A stretch of DNA of 64,000 nucleotides from NCBI RefSeq assembly GCF_000006765.1, contig NC_002516.2; one strand, 5' to 3'. Shown in pieces: positions 47,653 through 57,485 of this stretch. The number at the start of each line of letters is the position of its first letter. The stretch's first letter is position 1. Source of the DNA: Pseudomonas aeruginosa PAO1. Lineage in GTDB: Bacteria > Pseudomonadota > Gammaproteobacteria > Pseudomonadales > Pseudomonadaceae. A model generated the notes under the pieces. It was not told the origin of the DNA. It saw only the letters and a program-made list of their open reading frames with translations, and made no database searches. Made by a program: the position numbers and the translations under genes.

Positions 47653-48567
47653 CTAAATGTGTCGGGGTGTTTCGCCTGCGTCCAGGCCACCGAGGATGGC
47701 GAGGAACGCCTCCACCGCGGCGCTGCGGCCATGGCGGCGGGTGAAGACGAGGAAATCGGCCAGCGCCTCGGGCTCGGCCAGCGGGCGATAGACGACTCCG
47801 GCCCGGGCCAGCGCGGTGCTGCAACGCGGCACCAGGGCAACGCCCTGGCCGGCCGCGACCAGGGCGATGATCGAGGTGATCTGGCGTCCGGCCGGTCCCC
47901 TCGTCAGCGCCAGCCCGGCCTTCCGGTAGAGGCGCTCGATCAGTTCGTTGAGGCCGGAGCCGTAGTCCAGTGGAAACAGGATCAGCGGCCGATCACGCAG
48001 ATCGTACAGGTCGATCCGCTCTTGCCGCGCCAGCGGATCGCCGTTGGGCACGGCCACCACCAGCGGCTCGCCGCCCAGGGCCAGCACCTCGATGCCGACC
48101 TGGCCTTCCGGCGGCGGCAGGCGCCCCAGCCCCACATCGATGCCGCCTTCGGCGATCTGCGCCCATTGCGCCGCCGAAGCGCCTTCGAGCAGCTCCAGTT
48201 GCACCTCCGGATGGCGCTCGCGGAACAGTCGGATCGCCTCGGTGAACAGGTCCGACAGGGCGATGGAGCTGGCGTAGCCGAGGGTCAGGTGGCCGGCCAG
48301 CCCCTGCGCCAGCTTGCGGGCGAAGCCGGCGGTGCGCTCCAGTTGGTCCAGCAGGGCGCGTGCGTAAGGCAGGAACAGGCTGCCCTCGGCGGTGAGGGTC
48401 ACCGCCCGGCTGGAGCGGTCGAACAGGCGAAAGCCCAGCTCTTCCTCCAGCGCGGATATCTGCCGGGTCAAGGGCGGCTGCGCCATGTGCAGGCGCTGGG
48501 CGGCGCGGCCGAAATGCAGGGTTTCGGCAACGGCTGCGAAGCAGCGCAGGCGGCGTAGGTCGAGCAT
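47653..48567 (-). CDS. LysR-family regulator (AlsR/BenM-like), 304 aa
   Basis: [35 protein letters not shown]. Confidence 0.92.
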
Positions 48568-48663
48568 GCGGTTCCTCGGTATCGATCGGTCCTGAATCGG
48601 TATTGGCCAGCCCGTCGGGAGCACCCCTATAACAGGGGGTTTCTCGTCCAGGCAGAGCGTTCC

Positions 48664-49857
48664 ATGAATTCGTCCCAGGGTTTCCCCCGCCTCGCGCTGT
48701 TTCTCTGCGGTTGCGCTGCGTTCCTCAATCTCTATACCACCCAGGGCATCTTCGACGAACTGGCGGCGAGCTTCCACATCAGCGCCCATCAATCGAACTG
48801 GAGCATCACCGCCACCACCCTGGCGGTGGCCCTCGCCGCGCCCTTCGTCGGCCGGCTCAGCGGCGGCCGCGAGCGCAGCCGGGTGATCGCCTTCGCCGCC
48901 AGCCTGCTCTGCGTGCCCATGCTGCTGGCCGCCCATGCCGGCAGCTTCGCCGCCTTCCTGCTCTGGCGCTTCGCCGAAGGGATGCTGATTCCCCTGCTGT
49001 TCGCCAGCAGCGTGGCCTACATCGGCGAGCGCTGGAGCGGCGGCGCGGTCATCGAGCTGACCAGCCTCTATGTCGCCGGGACCATCCTCGGCGGCTTCGC
49101 CGGACGCTTCCTCACCGGCCTGCTGACCGAGGAGTGGGATTGGCGCGTCGCCTTCCGGATCCTCGCCGGGCTGACCCTGCTCATCGCTGTCGCCATCCGT
49201 GCGCTGCTCCCTGCCAATTCTGGCAGGCACGCGCCCGCACCGGGGAAACGCCCCTTAGTATCCCGTGAACTGTTCCGGGCTCCGCTGCTGTCGTCCTACG
49301 CGGTGGGGTTCTGTGTCCTCTTTTCCCAGGTCGCCATGTTCACCTATATCGGCATCCATCTCAGCCGTCCGCCGTACAGCCTGGACACCGCTCAGCTCGG
49401 CTCGATCTACGCGGTGTTCCTCCTCGCCCTGCTGGTGATTCCCGCCAGCGGCCGCCTGGCCCGCACCCGCCCGCACCGCCAGTTGCTGCTGGGCGCATCG
49501 CTGCTGGGCGTGTGCGGCTCGCTGCTGACCCTGGCGCCGGGCCTGCCGACGATTCTCGTCGGCCTGGCCCTCAGCGCCACCGGCGTGTTCCTCGCACAGT
49601 CCACGGTCAACGCCTTCACCGCCAGCAATGCCGGGACCGACAAGGCCGGTGCCGTCGGCCTCTACCTGACCTGCTACTACGCCGGCGGCAGCCTCGGCGC
49701 GGTACTGCCGGCGCCATTCTGGGAGCGCTGGGGCTGGCCGGGCTGCCTGGGCCTGATCCTCCTGGCCCAGTTGCTGCCGTTGCTTCTGACCCGCTACGGC
49801 TGGTCCGCACCACAGGCCGAACGCGCGGCCCTGCGCGCGTCGCAAGGAAGACCGTAA
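48664..49857 (+). CDS. MFS transporter (YnfM-like), 397 aa
   Basis: About 12 TMs; FLNLYTTQ, GRLS.GRER motif A, YVAGTILGGFAGR, YLTCYYAGGSLG. Confidence 0.9.
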   Translation: MNSSQGFPRLALFLCGCAAFLNLYTTQGIFDELAASFHISAHQSNWSITATTLAVALAAPFVGRLSGGRERSRVIAFAASLLCVPMLLAAHAGSFAAFLLWRFAEGMLIPLLFASSVAYIGERWSGGAVIELTSLYVAGTILGGFAGRFLTGLLTEEWDWRVAFRILAGLTLLIAVAIRALLPANSGRHAPAPGKRPLVSRELFRAPLLSSYAVGFCVLFSQVAMFTYIGIHLSRPPYSLDTAQLGSIYAVFLLALLVIPASGRLARTRPHRQLLLGASLLGVCGSLLTLAPGLPTILVGLALSATGVFLAQSTVNAFTASNAGTDKAGAVGLYLTCYYAGGSLGAVLPAPFWERWGWPGCLGLILLAQLLPLLLTRYGWSAPQAERAALRASQGRP

Positions 49858-49864
49858 CCATCGC

Positions 49865-49879
49865 AAGAACAACAAGAAC
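49865..49879 (+). promoter_or_regulatory. (AAN)5 Hfq/Crc catabolite-activity-type motif beside the RBS
   Basis: AAG AAC AAC AAG AAC immediately 5' of CAGGAGG (49883-49889). Confidence 0.6.
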
Positions 49880-49895
49880 CGACAGGAGGTTAGCC

Positions 49896-50717
49896 ATGAA
49901 CCATGTCATCACCCCCCACAGCAAGCTGCTCGGCGTCATCGAGCCGGTCCTCAACGACATGCCCGCCGGAACCCTGCGCCACGCACTGTTCCGGGCCTTC
50001 TGGGACGAGACGGCGTCGTTGCTGGACATCGAGGACGCCTTCGCCCGGGTCACCGCCCGGCGCCAGGCGGTCGAGCCGCTGCGCAAGTTCTTCGCCAGTT
50101 GGTCGAAGACCAACAACTCGGCGGCCAGCGTTTCCGGACTGGCCAATCGCCTTACCCTGCTGGCCCGTTCGGAACAGGGTTCGGCAGCGGCAGACCAGCT
50201 CTATCGAGCCTGCGGCAGCCTGCAACGGATCACCGACGAAGACCTCGGCGCCCTCGGCAACACCGTGCATGCCGATCTTTTCTACACCATGGCCACCACC
50301 CTTTGCGGCGACGACCGCTGGCTGCTGCGCGAGAACTGCCTGCCTTCGGCGCAGGCGTTCAAGGACTGGACCGACCGCCAGCGCCTGTGCGAGCGCGACC
50401 TGATGCAGGGACTGCTGACCACGCTGGTACACGAGGTCTATACCCACGGCGAGGTGGAGTACATCCACCCGCTGTACAAGGAATGGTTCAGCCGCGACAT
50501 GGGCGTACCCGCCGAACGCGCCCGCGCCACCGTGGCCTGGGTAACGGTGCACACCGGCGGCACCGAGAGCAATCACTTCGCCCACGCCACGGCGGCGGTG
50601 AACGCCTTCGTCGAGGCGATGGAAATCGAGGTGAACGAAGAAGCCGCGCGCAACCTGTTCGGGCTCTACCTGCGCAACAAGGCGCAGGTCATGCGTGACT
50701 GCGCGGCGCTGTTCTGA
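49896..50717 (+). CDS. Heme-oxygenase-like diiron oxidase (HDO) candidate, 273 aa (PA5220-like)
   Basis: E115-x9-H125, E180, H219-x4-E224-x2-H227; largely helical; strong RBS. Confidence 0.7.
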   Translation: MNHVITPHSKLLGVIEPVLNDMPAGTLRHALFRAFWDETASLLDIEDAFARVTARRQAVEPLRKFFASWSKTNNSAASVSGLANRLTLLARSEQGSAAADQLYRACGSLQRITDEDLGALGNTVHADLFYTMATTLCGDDRWLLRENCLPSAQAFKDWTDRQRLCERDLMQGLLTTLVHEVYTHGEVEYIHPLYKEWFSRDMGVPAERARATVAWVTVHTGGTESNHFAHATAAVNAFVEAMEIEVNEEAARNLFGLYLRNKAQVMRDCAALF

Positions 50718-50722
50718 GGACT

Positions 50723-50749
50723 GGCGGCCCTCCCGTCAGGGGGGCCGCC
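50723..50749. terminator. Hairpin between the HDO gene and convergent ubiI
   Basis: GGCGGCCCTCC-cgtca-GGGGGGCCGCC. Confidence 0.6.
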
Positions 50750-50753
50750 CCGC

Positions 50754-51971
50754 TCAGACTCGTGCCAGCATCGGCAGGTCGCCGCTGAGGCCAAGCGCCT
50801 GGCGGACGAACAGCGCCTTCGCCTCGTGATGGCCGTCGACCAGGCGCAGGCCGGCGTTGCGCAGCCAGCGCAGCGGCAACCGGTCGGCCTGGAACAGGCG
50901 CTCGAAGCCTTCCATCGCCGTCATCATGCCCAGGTTGTGCGGCATCCGCCGCCGCTCGAAGCGACTCAGCACGCGTTCGTCGGCAAGCCGTTCGCCGCGC
51001 TCCAGGGCGTGCAACAGGACCTCGGACAGCACCGCCGCATCGAGGAAGCCCAGGTTCACGCCCTGTCCGGCCAGCGGGTGGATGGTGTGCGCAGCATCGC
51101 CGACCAGCGCCAGGCCCGGCTCGACGTAACGCTTGGCGTGCCGCTGGCGCAGCGGGATGCACAGGCGCCGGTCGGCATGCAGGATGGCGCCCAGGCGCTG
51201 TTCGAAGGCTTCGCCGAGGGCGGCGCGGAAGCCATCCTCGTCCAACGCCATCAGGCGTTCTGCCTGTTCCGGGGTGGTCGACCAGACGATCGAGCACCAG
51301 TGCTCGTCGCCGCGGTCCGGCAGGGGCAGGAAGGCCAGCGGACCGTCGTCGGTGAAGCGCTGCCAGGCGGTTGCGCGGTGCGCGTTCTCGCAGCGCACGC
51401 TGGTGACGATGGCGTGGTGCAGGTAATCCCATTCGCGGGTGGCGCAGCCGGCCAGGCGGCGTACCGCCGAGTTGGCGCCGTCGGCGGCGACCACCAGCGG
51501 CGCACGCAGCTGGCGACCGTCGGCCAGGGTCAGCAGCCAGTCGTCGCCGGAGTGGCGCATCTGTTCCAGGCGCGCATTGGCCAGCAGGCCGGTGGTGGAA
51601 TCGTGCAGGCGTTCCAGCAGGGCGTCCTGCACCACCCGGTTCTCGACGATATGGCCGAGTACCTCGGCGTGCACGCTGGCGGCGCTGAAGCCGATCCGCC
51701 CGGTGCCGGAGCCATCCCACACCTGCATCTCGCGATAGGGCTCGGCGCGGCGCGCGACGATGCCGTCCCAGGCATGCAGGCGCTGGAGAATCCGCCGGCT
51801 GGCTTCGGACAGCGCGCTGACCCGCGGCTCGTAGGGCGCCTCCGGCTTGAACGGCGCCACGTCGAGCGAGCCGCCGTCCACCAGCAGCACCTCCAGGCCG
51901 CTGCCCTCCAGGGCCAGGGCCAGGGCGCTACCGACCATGCCGGCGCCGACGATGACCAGATCCGCGTGCAT
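50754..51971 (-). CDS. ubiI: FAD-dependent ubiquinone hydroxylase UbiI/VisC-type, 405 aa
   Basis: IVGAGMVG, RVSAL, AADGANS, GDAAHTIHPLAGQGVNLG. Confidence 0.88.
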   Translation of the reverse strand: MHADLVIVGAGMVGSALALALEGSGLEVLLVDGGSLDVAPFKPEAPYEPRVSALSEASRRILQRLHAWDGIVARRAEPYREMQVWDGSGTGRIGFSAASVHAEVLGHIVENRVVQDALLERLHDSTTGLLANARLEQMRHSGDDWLLTLADGRQLRAPLVVAADGANSAVRRLAGCATREWDYLHHAIVTSVRCENAHRATAWQRFTDDGPLAFLPLPDRGDEHWCSIVWSTTPEQAERLMALDEDGFRAALGEAFEQRLGAILHADRRLCIPLRQRHAKRYVEPGLALVGDAAHTIHPLAGQGVNLGFLDAAVLSEVLLHALERGERLADERVLSRFERRRMPHNLGMMTAMEGFERLFQADRLPLRWLRNAGLRLVDGHHEAKALFVRQALGLSGDLPMLARV

Positions 51972-51999
51972 ATCCTCGTTCTCCACTCGTGGGCCCTCT

Positions 52000-52482
52000 T
52001 CAGGCCGCGTTCCGCAGGCGCGGCTTGAGCCGCACGTACAGGGTTTTCTGAACCCGCGCCACCAGGGTGCCGGCGTCGTCGCGCACTTCGGCGTGCAGCC
52101 GGGGCAGGTACTTCTCGCCGCCGGCGGTCCGCTCGCGGACCTCGTCGAGCAGCTTCTGGTCGATGCTGAAATGCGCATGCACCGGGCCCTTGCCCGGGCT
52201 GACGAACTCGATGTTGGCCGCCTTGTCCCAGACCACGTAGTCGCGGCCCAGGTTCTCCATCAGCATCAGCATGAAGAACGGGTCGGTCATCGCGTAGAGG
52301 CTGCCGCCGAACTGGGTGCCTACATAGTTGCGATTGAGCCGGTTCAGGCCCATGCGCACCCGAACCTCGCGGAAATCGCCAGCGATGTGCCGCACACGGA
52401 TGCCCGCCCCCAGGAAGGGCGGGTAGAGATTCATGGCGAAGCGCAGCAGGCGGGCCTTGCGCGCCCTCGACCAGACCGGCAT
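52000..52482 (-). CDS. DUF4442/YiiD-like hotdog-fold protein, ~160 aa
   Basis: NLYPPFLGAGIRV, NRNYVGTQFGGSLYAMTDPF, YVVWDK. Confidence 0.85.
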   Translation of the reverse strand: MPVWSRARKARLLRFAMNLYPPFLGAGIRVRHIAGDFREVRVRMGLNRLNRNYVGTQFGGSLYAMTDPFFMLMLMENLGRDYVVWDKAANIEFVSPGKGPVHAHFSIDQKLLDEVRERTAGGEKYLPRLHAEVRDDAGTLVARVQKTLYVRLKPRLRNAA

Positions 52483-52486
52483 GGCG

Positions 52487-53671
52487 CTACAGCGGCCGCG
52501 CGCCGAGGCCCATGGCCTGGCGGGCGAACCAGCGCTTGGCCGGCGGCAGCAGGTCGAGCCCGAGCAGGCCGAGGTTGCGCCCGGCGCCGAGCAGCGCGCG
52601 GTCGTTGGAGAACAGCCGGGTCACCCGGTCGGAGAAGCCGACGGTCATCTGCTGGTCCAGGCGCTGCCCATCGAGGTAGCGCTGCAGCACGGCGAACTCG
52701 CCCAGCGGCGCGTCGTCGTGGAGCAGGGCGTCGACCAGCGCCAGGGTGTCGCGCAACGACAGGTTGAAGCCCTGGCCGGCGATGGGGTGCAGACTGTGCG
52801 CAGCGTTGCCCAGCACCACCAGGTGCGGACGCACCTGCTCGCGGGCCTCGACCAGGTGCAAGGGGTAGCAGTGCCGTGCGCCGACCTGGCGGAAGGCGCC
52901 GAGGCGGTAGCCGAAGGCAGCCTGCAGCTCGCCGAGGAAGGCCGCGTCATCGAGGCCACGCAGGCGTTCGGCGTCCTTGCCTGGGCGGGTCCAGATCAGC
53001 GCGCAACGGTTATCCGGCAACGGCAGGAGGGCCATCGGACCGCTGGGGGTGAAGCGCTCGAAGGCCTGCCCGAGGTGCGCCTCGGAGGGCGATACGTTGG
53101 CGATCAGCGCAGTCTGCCGGTACGGCGTCTGCTCCACGGCGATGCCAAGTTGTTCGCGCAGCCCGGAACGACCGCCATCGGCGAGGATCGCCAGCTCGCA
53201 ATCGAGTTGCGTCTCGTCGTCGAGGGTAAGCCGGTAACCGCCCTCCCGGGCTTCCAGGGTCTTCACTTCGGCCGGGCAGTGCCAGCGCACCACCTCGGGG
53301 TCGAGCGCCTTCCACAGGCACTGGCCGAGCCAGGCGTTCTCCACCACGTAGCCCAGCGCCGGCACGCCTTCCTCGATGGCGGTCAGGCGGGTGGCGCCGA
53401 AGCGGCCGCGGTCGGAAACATGGATATGCAGGATCGGCTCGGCGCGCTCGGCGATCGCCGGCCACAGGCCGAGTCGCTCGTAGATCTGCCGGCTGCCGTA
53501 GGACAGCGCCGAAGAGCGGGCGTCGTAGCTGGGCTGGTAGGCGTTGCCGGGGGCGAAGGGTTCGATCAGCACGATCGACCAGCCGCGCTCCCGAGCGCCG
53601 GCCTGCAGGGCCAGCGCCAGCGAGGCGCCGACCAGGCCCCCGCCGATGATCGCCAGGTTGACCTTGCTCAT
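52487..53671 (-). CDS. ubiH: 2-octaprenyl-6-methoxyphenol hydroxylase UbiH, 394 aa
   Basis: IIGGGLVG, DARSSALS, GNAAHSLHPIAGQGFNL; downstream of pepP. Confidence 0.93.
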   Translation of the reverse strand: MSKVNLAIIGGGLVGASLALALQAGARERGWSIVLIEPFAPGNAYQPSYDARSSALSYGSRQIYERLGLWPAIAERAEPILHIHVSDRGRFGATRLTAIEEGVPALGYVVENAWLGQCLWKALDPEVVRWHCPAEVKTLEAREGGYRLTLDDETQLDCELAILADGGRSGLREQLGIAVEQTPYRQTALIANVSPSEAHLGQAFERFTPSGPMALLPLPDNRCALIWTRPGKDAERLRGLDDAAFLGELQAAFGYRLGAFRQVGARHCYPLHLVEAREQVRPHLVVLGNAAHSLHPIAGQGFNLSLRDTLALVDALLHDDAPLGEFAVLQRYLDGQRLDQQMTVGFSDRVTRLFSNDRALLGAGRNLGLLGLDLLPPAKRWFARQAMGLGARPL

Positions 53672-53678
53672 CGTCACC

Positions 53679-55013
53679 TCAGGCTGCCTCGCTCTTGGCC
53701 GCGGCCATCAGCGCCTCGATCTCGGCGACGGTCTTCGGCACGCCGTTGGTCAGCACTTCGCAGCCATTGCGGGTGACCACCACGTCGTCCTCGATGCGTA
53801 CGCCGATACCGCGCCACTTCTTCGCCACCGTGGTATTGTCCGGGGCGATGTAGATGCCCGGCTCGACGGTCATCGCCATGCCCGGTTCGAGCACCCGCCA
53901 TTCGCCGCCGACGCGGTACTCGCCGACGTCGTGCACGTCCATCCCCAGCCAGTGGCCGGCGCGGTGCATGTAGAAAGCCTTGTAGGCCTCGTGGGCGATC
54001 AGCTCGTCGACGTCGCCCTCCAGCAGGCCCAGGCGCACCAGCCCGGCGGTGATGACCCGTACGGTGGCCTCATGGGCCTCGTTCCAGTGGCGACCGGGGG
54101 CGATGTAGTCGAACGCCGCCATGTTGGCTTCCAGCACCAGTTCGTAGATCGCCTTCTGCTCGGGACTGAAGCGGCCATTGGCGGGGAAGGTACGGGTGAT
54201 GTCGCTGGCGTAGCAGTCGATCTCGCAGCCGGCATCGATCAGGATCAGGTCGCCGTCCTTGATCGCCGCATCGTTCTCGCGGTAGTGCAGGATGCAGGCG
54301 TTGCGTCCGGCGGCGACGATCGAGCCGTAGGCCGGCATCTTCGCCCCGCCCTTGCGGAACTCGTATTCCAGTTCGGCTTCCAGGTGGTACTCGAACAGCC
54401 CCGGCCGGCACACCTCCATCGCCCGGATGTGCGCCCGGGCGGAGACCTCGGCGGCGTAGCGCATGACCTTCACTTCGTTGGCGCTCTTGTACAGCCGCTG
54501 GTCGTGCAGCAGGTGGTCGAGGGCAACGAACTCGTTCGGCGGCTGCGCGCCCTGGCGGGCCTTGGAGCGGATCACGTTGATCCAGTCCATCAGCCGGCGG
54601 TCGAAGTCGGGATTGGCGCCAAGGGCGTAGTAGACCCGGTCGCGGCCTTCGATCAGGCCGGGCAGGATGTCATCGATATCGCCGATGGGAAAGGCGTCGT
54701 CGGCGCCGTACTGGCCGATCGCACCGTCCTGGCCGGCGCGCAGGCCGTCCCACAGTTCACGCTCCGGATCCCGCTCGCGGCAGAAAAGCACGTATTCGCC
54801 GTGGGCACGGCCGGGAATCAGCGCCATCACCGCCTCCGGCTCTGGGAAGCCGGTGAGGTACTGGAAGTCGCTGTCCTGGCGGTAGACATGCTCGACGTCG
54901 CGATTGCGGATGTACATCGGCGCCGCCGGCAGGATGGCGATGCTGTTGGGTTCCATCTGCGCCATCAGCGCCTTGCGCCGACGGGCGTACTCCGACTTGG
55001 GGATACGGATCAT
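53679..55013 (-). CDS. pepP: Xaa-Pro aminopeptidase, 444 aa
   Basis: YRQDSDFQYLTGF, DAGCE..YASDITRT, HWLGMDVHD, TVEPG, RIEDD. Confidence 0.96.
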   Translation of the reverse strand: MIRIPKSEYARRRKALMAQMEPNSIAILPAAPMYIRNRDVEHVYRQDSDFQYLTGFPEPEAVMALIPGRAHGEYVLFCRERDPERELWDGLRAGQDGAIGQYGADDAFPIGDIDDILPGLIEGRDRVYYALGANPDFDRRLMDWINVIRSKARQGAQPPNEFVALDHLLHDQRLYKSANEVKVMRYAAEVSARAHIRAMEVCRPGLFEYHLEAELEYEFRKGGAKMPAYGSIVAAGRNACILHYRENDAAIKDGDLILIDAGCEIDCYASDITRTFPANGRFSPEQKAIYELVLEANMAAFDYIAPGRHWNEAHEATVRVITAGLVRLGLLEGDVDELIAHEAYKAFYMHRAGHWLGMDVHDVGEYRVGGEWRVLEPGMAMTVEPGIYIAPDNTTVAKKWRGIGVRIEDDVVVTRNGCEVLTNGVPKTVAEIEALMAAAKSEAA

Positions 55014-55022
55014 GCAGAAACC

Positions 55023-55637
<615 letters not shown>

Positions 55638-55765
55638 CTAGCACCGCCCGCCCCGGCAAGACCATGCGACCGGTTGCCGGCGCGCCGGCCCGGCCGGGGC
55701 ATTGGCCCCGACCGGGGACGATCCTATATAGTTGTCCAATCACCCCAATTCCCAAGCGAGAGCCC

Positions 55766-55975
55766 ATGGAAGACGCCGATCTGCAATTGTTGACGGCCAA
55801 GTTCGACCAGCTGCTCCAGAAGCTGGAACAGCTCAAGGCGGAGAACCGGCTGCTGCGGGCGAACGAAAAGTCCTGGCGCGAAGAGCGCGCTCATCTGATC
55901 GAAAAGAACGAAATGGCGAGACACAAGGTCGAAGCGATGATTTTGCGTCTGAAAGCCTTGGAGCAGGACACATGA
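55766..55975 (+). CDS. Short coiled-coil TIGR02449 (ZapB-like) protein, 69 aa
   Basis: Heptad pattern; KVEAMILRLKALEQ; ATGA overlap with zapA. Confidence 0.8.
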   Translation: MEDADLQLLTAKFDQLLQKLEQLKAENRLLRANEKSWREERAHLIEKNEMARHKVEAMILRLKALEQDT

Positions 55976-56286
55976 GCCAGTCGAATACCCTCACCGTGCA
56001 GATTCTCGACAAGGAATACTGCATCAATTGCCCGGACGACGAGCGCGCCAACCTGGAAAGCGCCGCCCGTTACCTGGACGGCAAGATGCGCGAGATCCGC
56101 TCCAGCGGCAAAGTCATCGGCGCCGACCGGGTTGCCGTGATGGCCGCCCTCAACATCACCCACGACCTGCTGCACCGCAAGGAGCGCCTGGACCAGGAAA
56201 GCAGCTCGACCCGCGAGCGCGTGCGCGAACTGCTCGATCGCGTCGACCGCGCCCTGGCGAATCCGGCCGATGCCGGCGAAGCCTGA
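55972..56286 (+). CDS. zapA: Cell division protein ZapA, 104 aa
   Basis: VQILDKEYCINCP, AARYLDGKMREI, VMAALNITH. Confidence 0.93.
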   Translation: MSQSNTLTVQILDKEYCINCPDDERANLESAARYLDGKMREIRSSGKVIGADRVAVMAALNITHDLLHRKERLDQESSSTRERVRELLDRVDRALANPADAGEA

Positions 56287-56320
56287 CCCGGGCGCGGCCA
56301 ATTCGGGTATACTGGCCTCC

Positions 56321-56497
56321 GCTCCCTGGTGTGTTGGCCAGTCGGTGATGTCCCTGAGCCGATAACTGCAACAACGGAGGTTGCCAGTTGGACCGGTGTG
56401 CATGTCCGCACGACGGAAAGCCTTAAGGTCTACTGCAACCGCCACCTTGAACTTTCGGGTTCAAGGGCTAACCCGACAGCGGCACGACCGGGGAGCT
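56321..56497 (+). ncRNA. ssrS: 6S RNA
   Basis: zapA-ssrS-fau synteny; 5' GCTCCCTGGT pairs with 3' ACCGGGGAGC; TCCCTGAGCCGA core; TATACT -10 at 56308-56313. Confidence 0.92.
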
Positions 56498-56507
56498 ACC
56501 TTTCCAC

Positions 56508-57119
56508 ATGATCGAATCGCAAGACCTCAGCCGCCCGGCCCTGCGCCGCAAGCTCCGCCAGGCGCGCCGCGCGCTCTCCCCCCTGCAGCAACGCCTCGCC
56601 GCCCGCGCCCTCTATCGACAACTGGCGCAGCATCCCCTTTTCCGCCGTGCCCGCCATATCGCCCTGTACCTGCCCAACGACGGCGAGATCGACCCGCGTC
56701 CGCTGCTGCGTGCGGCGCAGAAGCGCGGCAAGGCCACCTACCTGCCGGTGCTGGCGCCCTGGCCGCGGACGCGCATGGTATTCCAGCGGGTCGGCAGCGG
56801 CGAACGCTGGACCCGCAACCGCTTCCGCATCAGCGAACCGCTGGCCGACGCCGGCCGCCAGCGCAAGGCCTGGGCGCTGGACCTGGTACTGCTGCCGCTG
56901 GTGGGGTTCGACGAACAGGGCGGGCGCCTGGGCATGGGCGGCGGCTTCTACGACCGCAGCCTGGCCTACCTGGCGAGGCGCAAAAATGGTCACAAACCGA
57001 CGCTGATCGGCCTGGCCCATGAATGTCAGAAGGTGGATCGACTGGCGCTGGCCAGCTGGGACATTCCCCTGGCGGGAACGGTGACCGATGCGGGCTGGTA
57101 CGTGGCAGGGAAACGCTAG
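56508..57119 (+). CDS. fau: 5-formyltetrahydrofolate cyclo-ligase, 203 aa
   Basis: ALYLPNDGEID, LLPLVGFD..G.RLGMGGGFYDR. Confidence 0.92.
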   Translation: MIESQDLSRPALRRKLRQARRALSPLQQRLAARALYRQLAQHPLFRRARHIALYLPNDGEIDPRPLLRAAQKRGKATYLPVLAPWPRTRMVFQRVGSGERWTRNRFRISEPLADAGRQRKAWALDLVLLPLVGFDEQGGRLGMGGGFYDRSLAYLARRKNGHKPTLIGLAHECQKVDRLALASWDIPLAGTVTDAGWYVAGKR

Positions 57120-57169
57120 GAAGGAGGGAGAACCCTGGGTACCGCGTTCCATGCGATACCCGGCGAGTC

Positions 57170-57301
57170 TTACGGCTGTTGCGTCACCTGGGCGGGCGTG
57201 CTGGCCTGTCGTTCCCAGAGGCTCTGGGTATAACCGGTGGTGACGACCCCAAGTCCGAAGATGATGACCAAAACCCACAGCAAGTCTGGCTTGCGCTTCA
57301 T
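57170..57301 (-). CDS. 43-aa single-pass membrane microprotein MKRKPDLLWVLVIIFGLGVVTTGYTQSLWERQASTPAQVTQQP
   Basis: GGGGGAGG RBS 6 nt before ATG; basic N-terminus plus hydrophobic helix; fills an otherwise empty intergenic gap. Confidence 0.75.
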   Translation of the reverse strand: MKRKPDLLWVLVIIFGLGVVTTGYTQSLWERQASTPAQVTQQP

Positions 57302-57485
57302 CGATTGCCTCCCCCTTCCAGGCAATTTTCGAGGCCGGTCCTTGCGATTATCTTATCGCCTGAGCACCCTGCCCCGCTGAAAAACGGCATTTTCCGATAA
57401 GCTGAAGTCATACGCAATTACACCGGCGACCGGTGGTCACGCGCAGACGTTTCCTACGTATATCTACGAAAGAGGAGCAAAGTTC

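Noticed and set aside
48568-48663. las/rhl box upstream of the MFS-HDO operon
   Set aside because: No CT-N12-AG match found; CCCCT-ataac-AGGGG (48624-48638) is too short to assign
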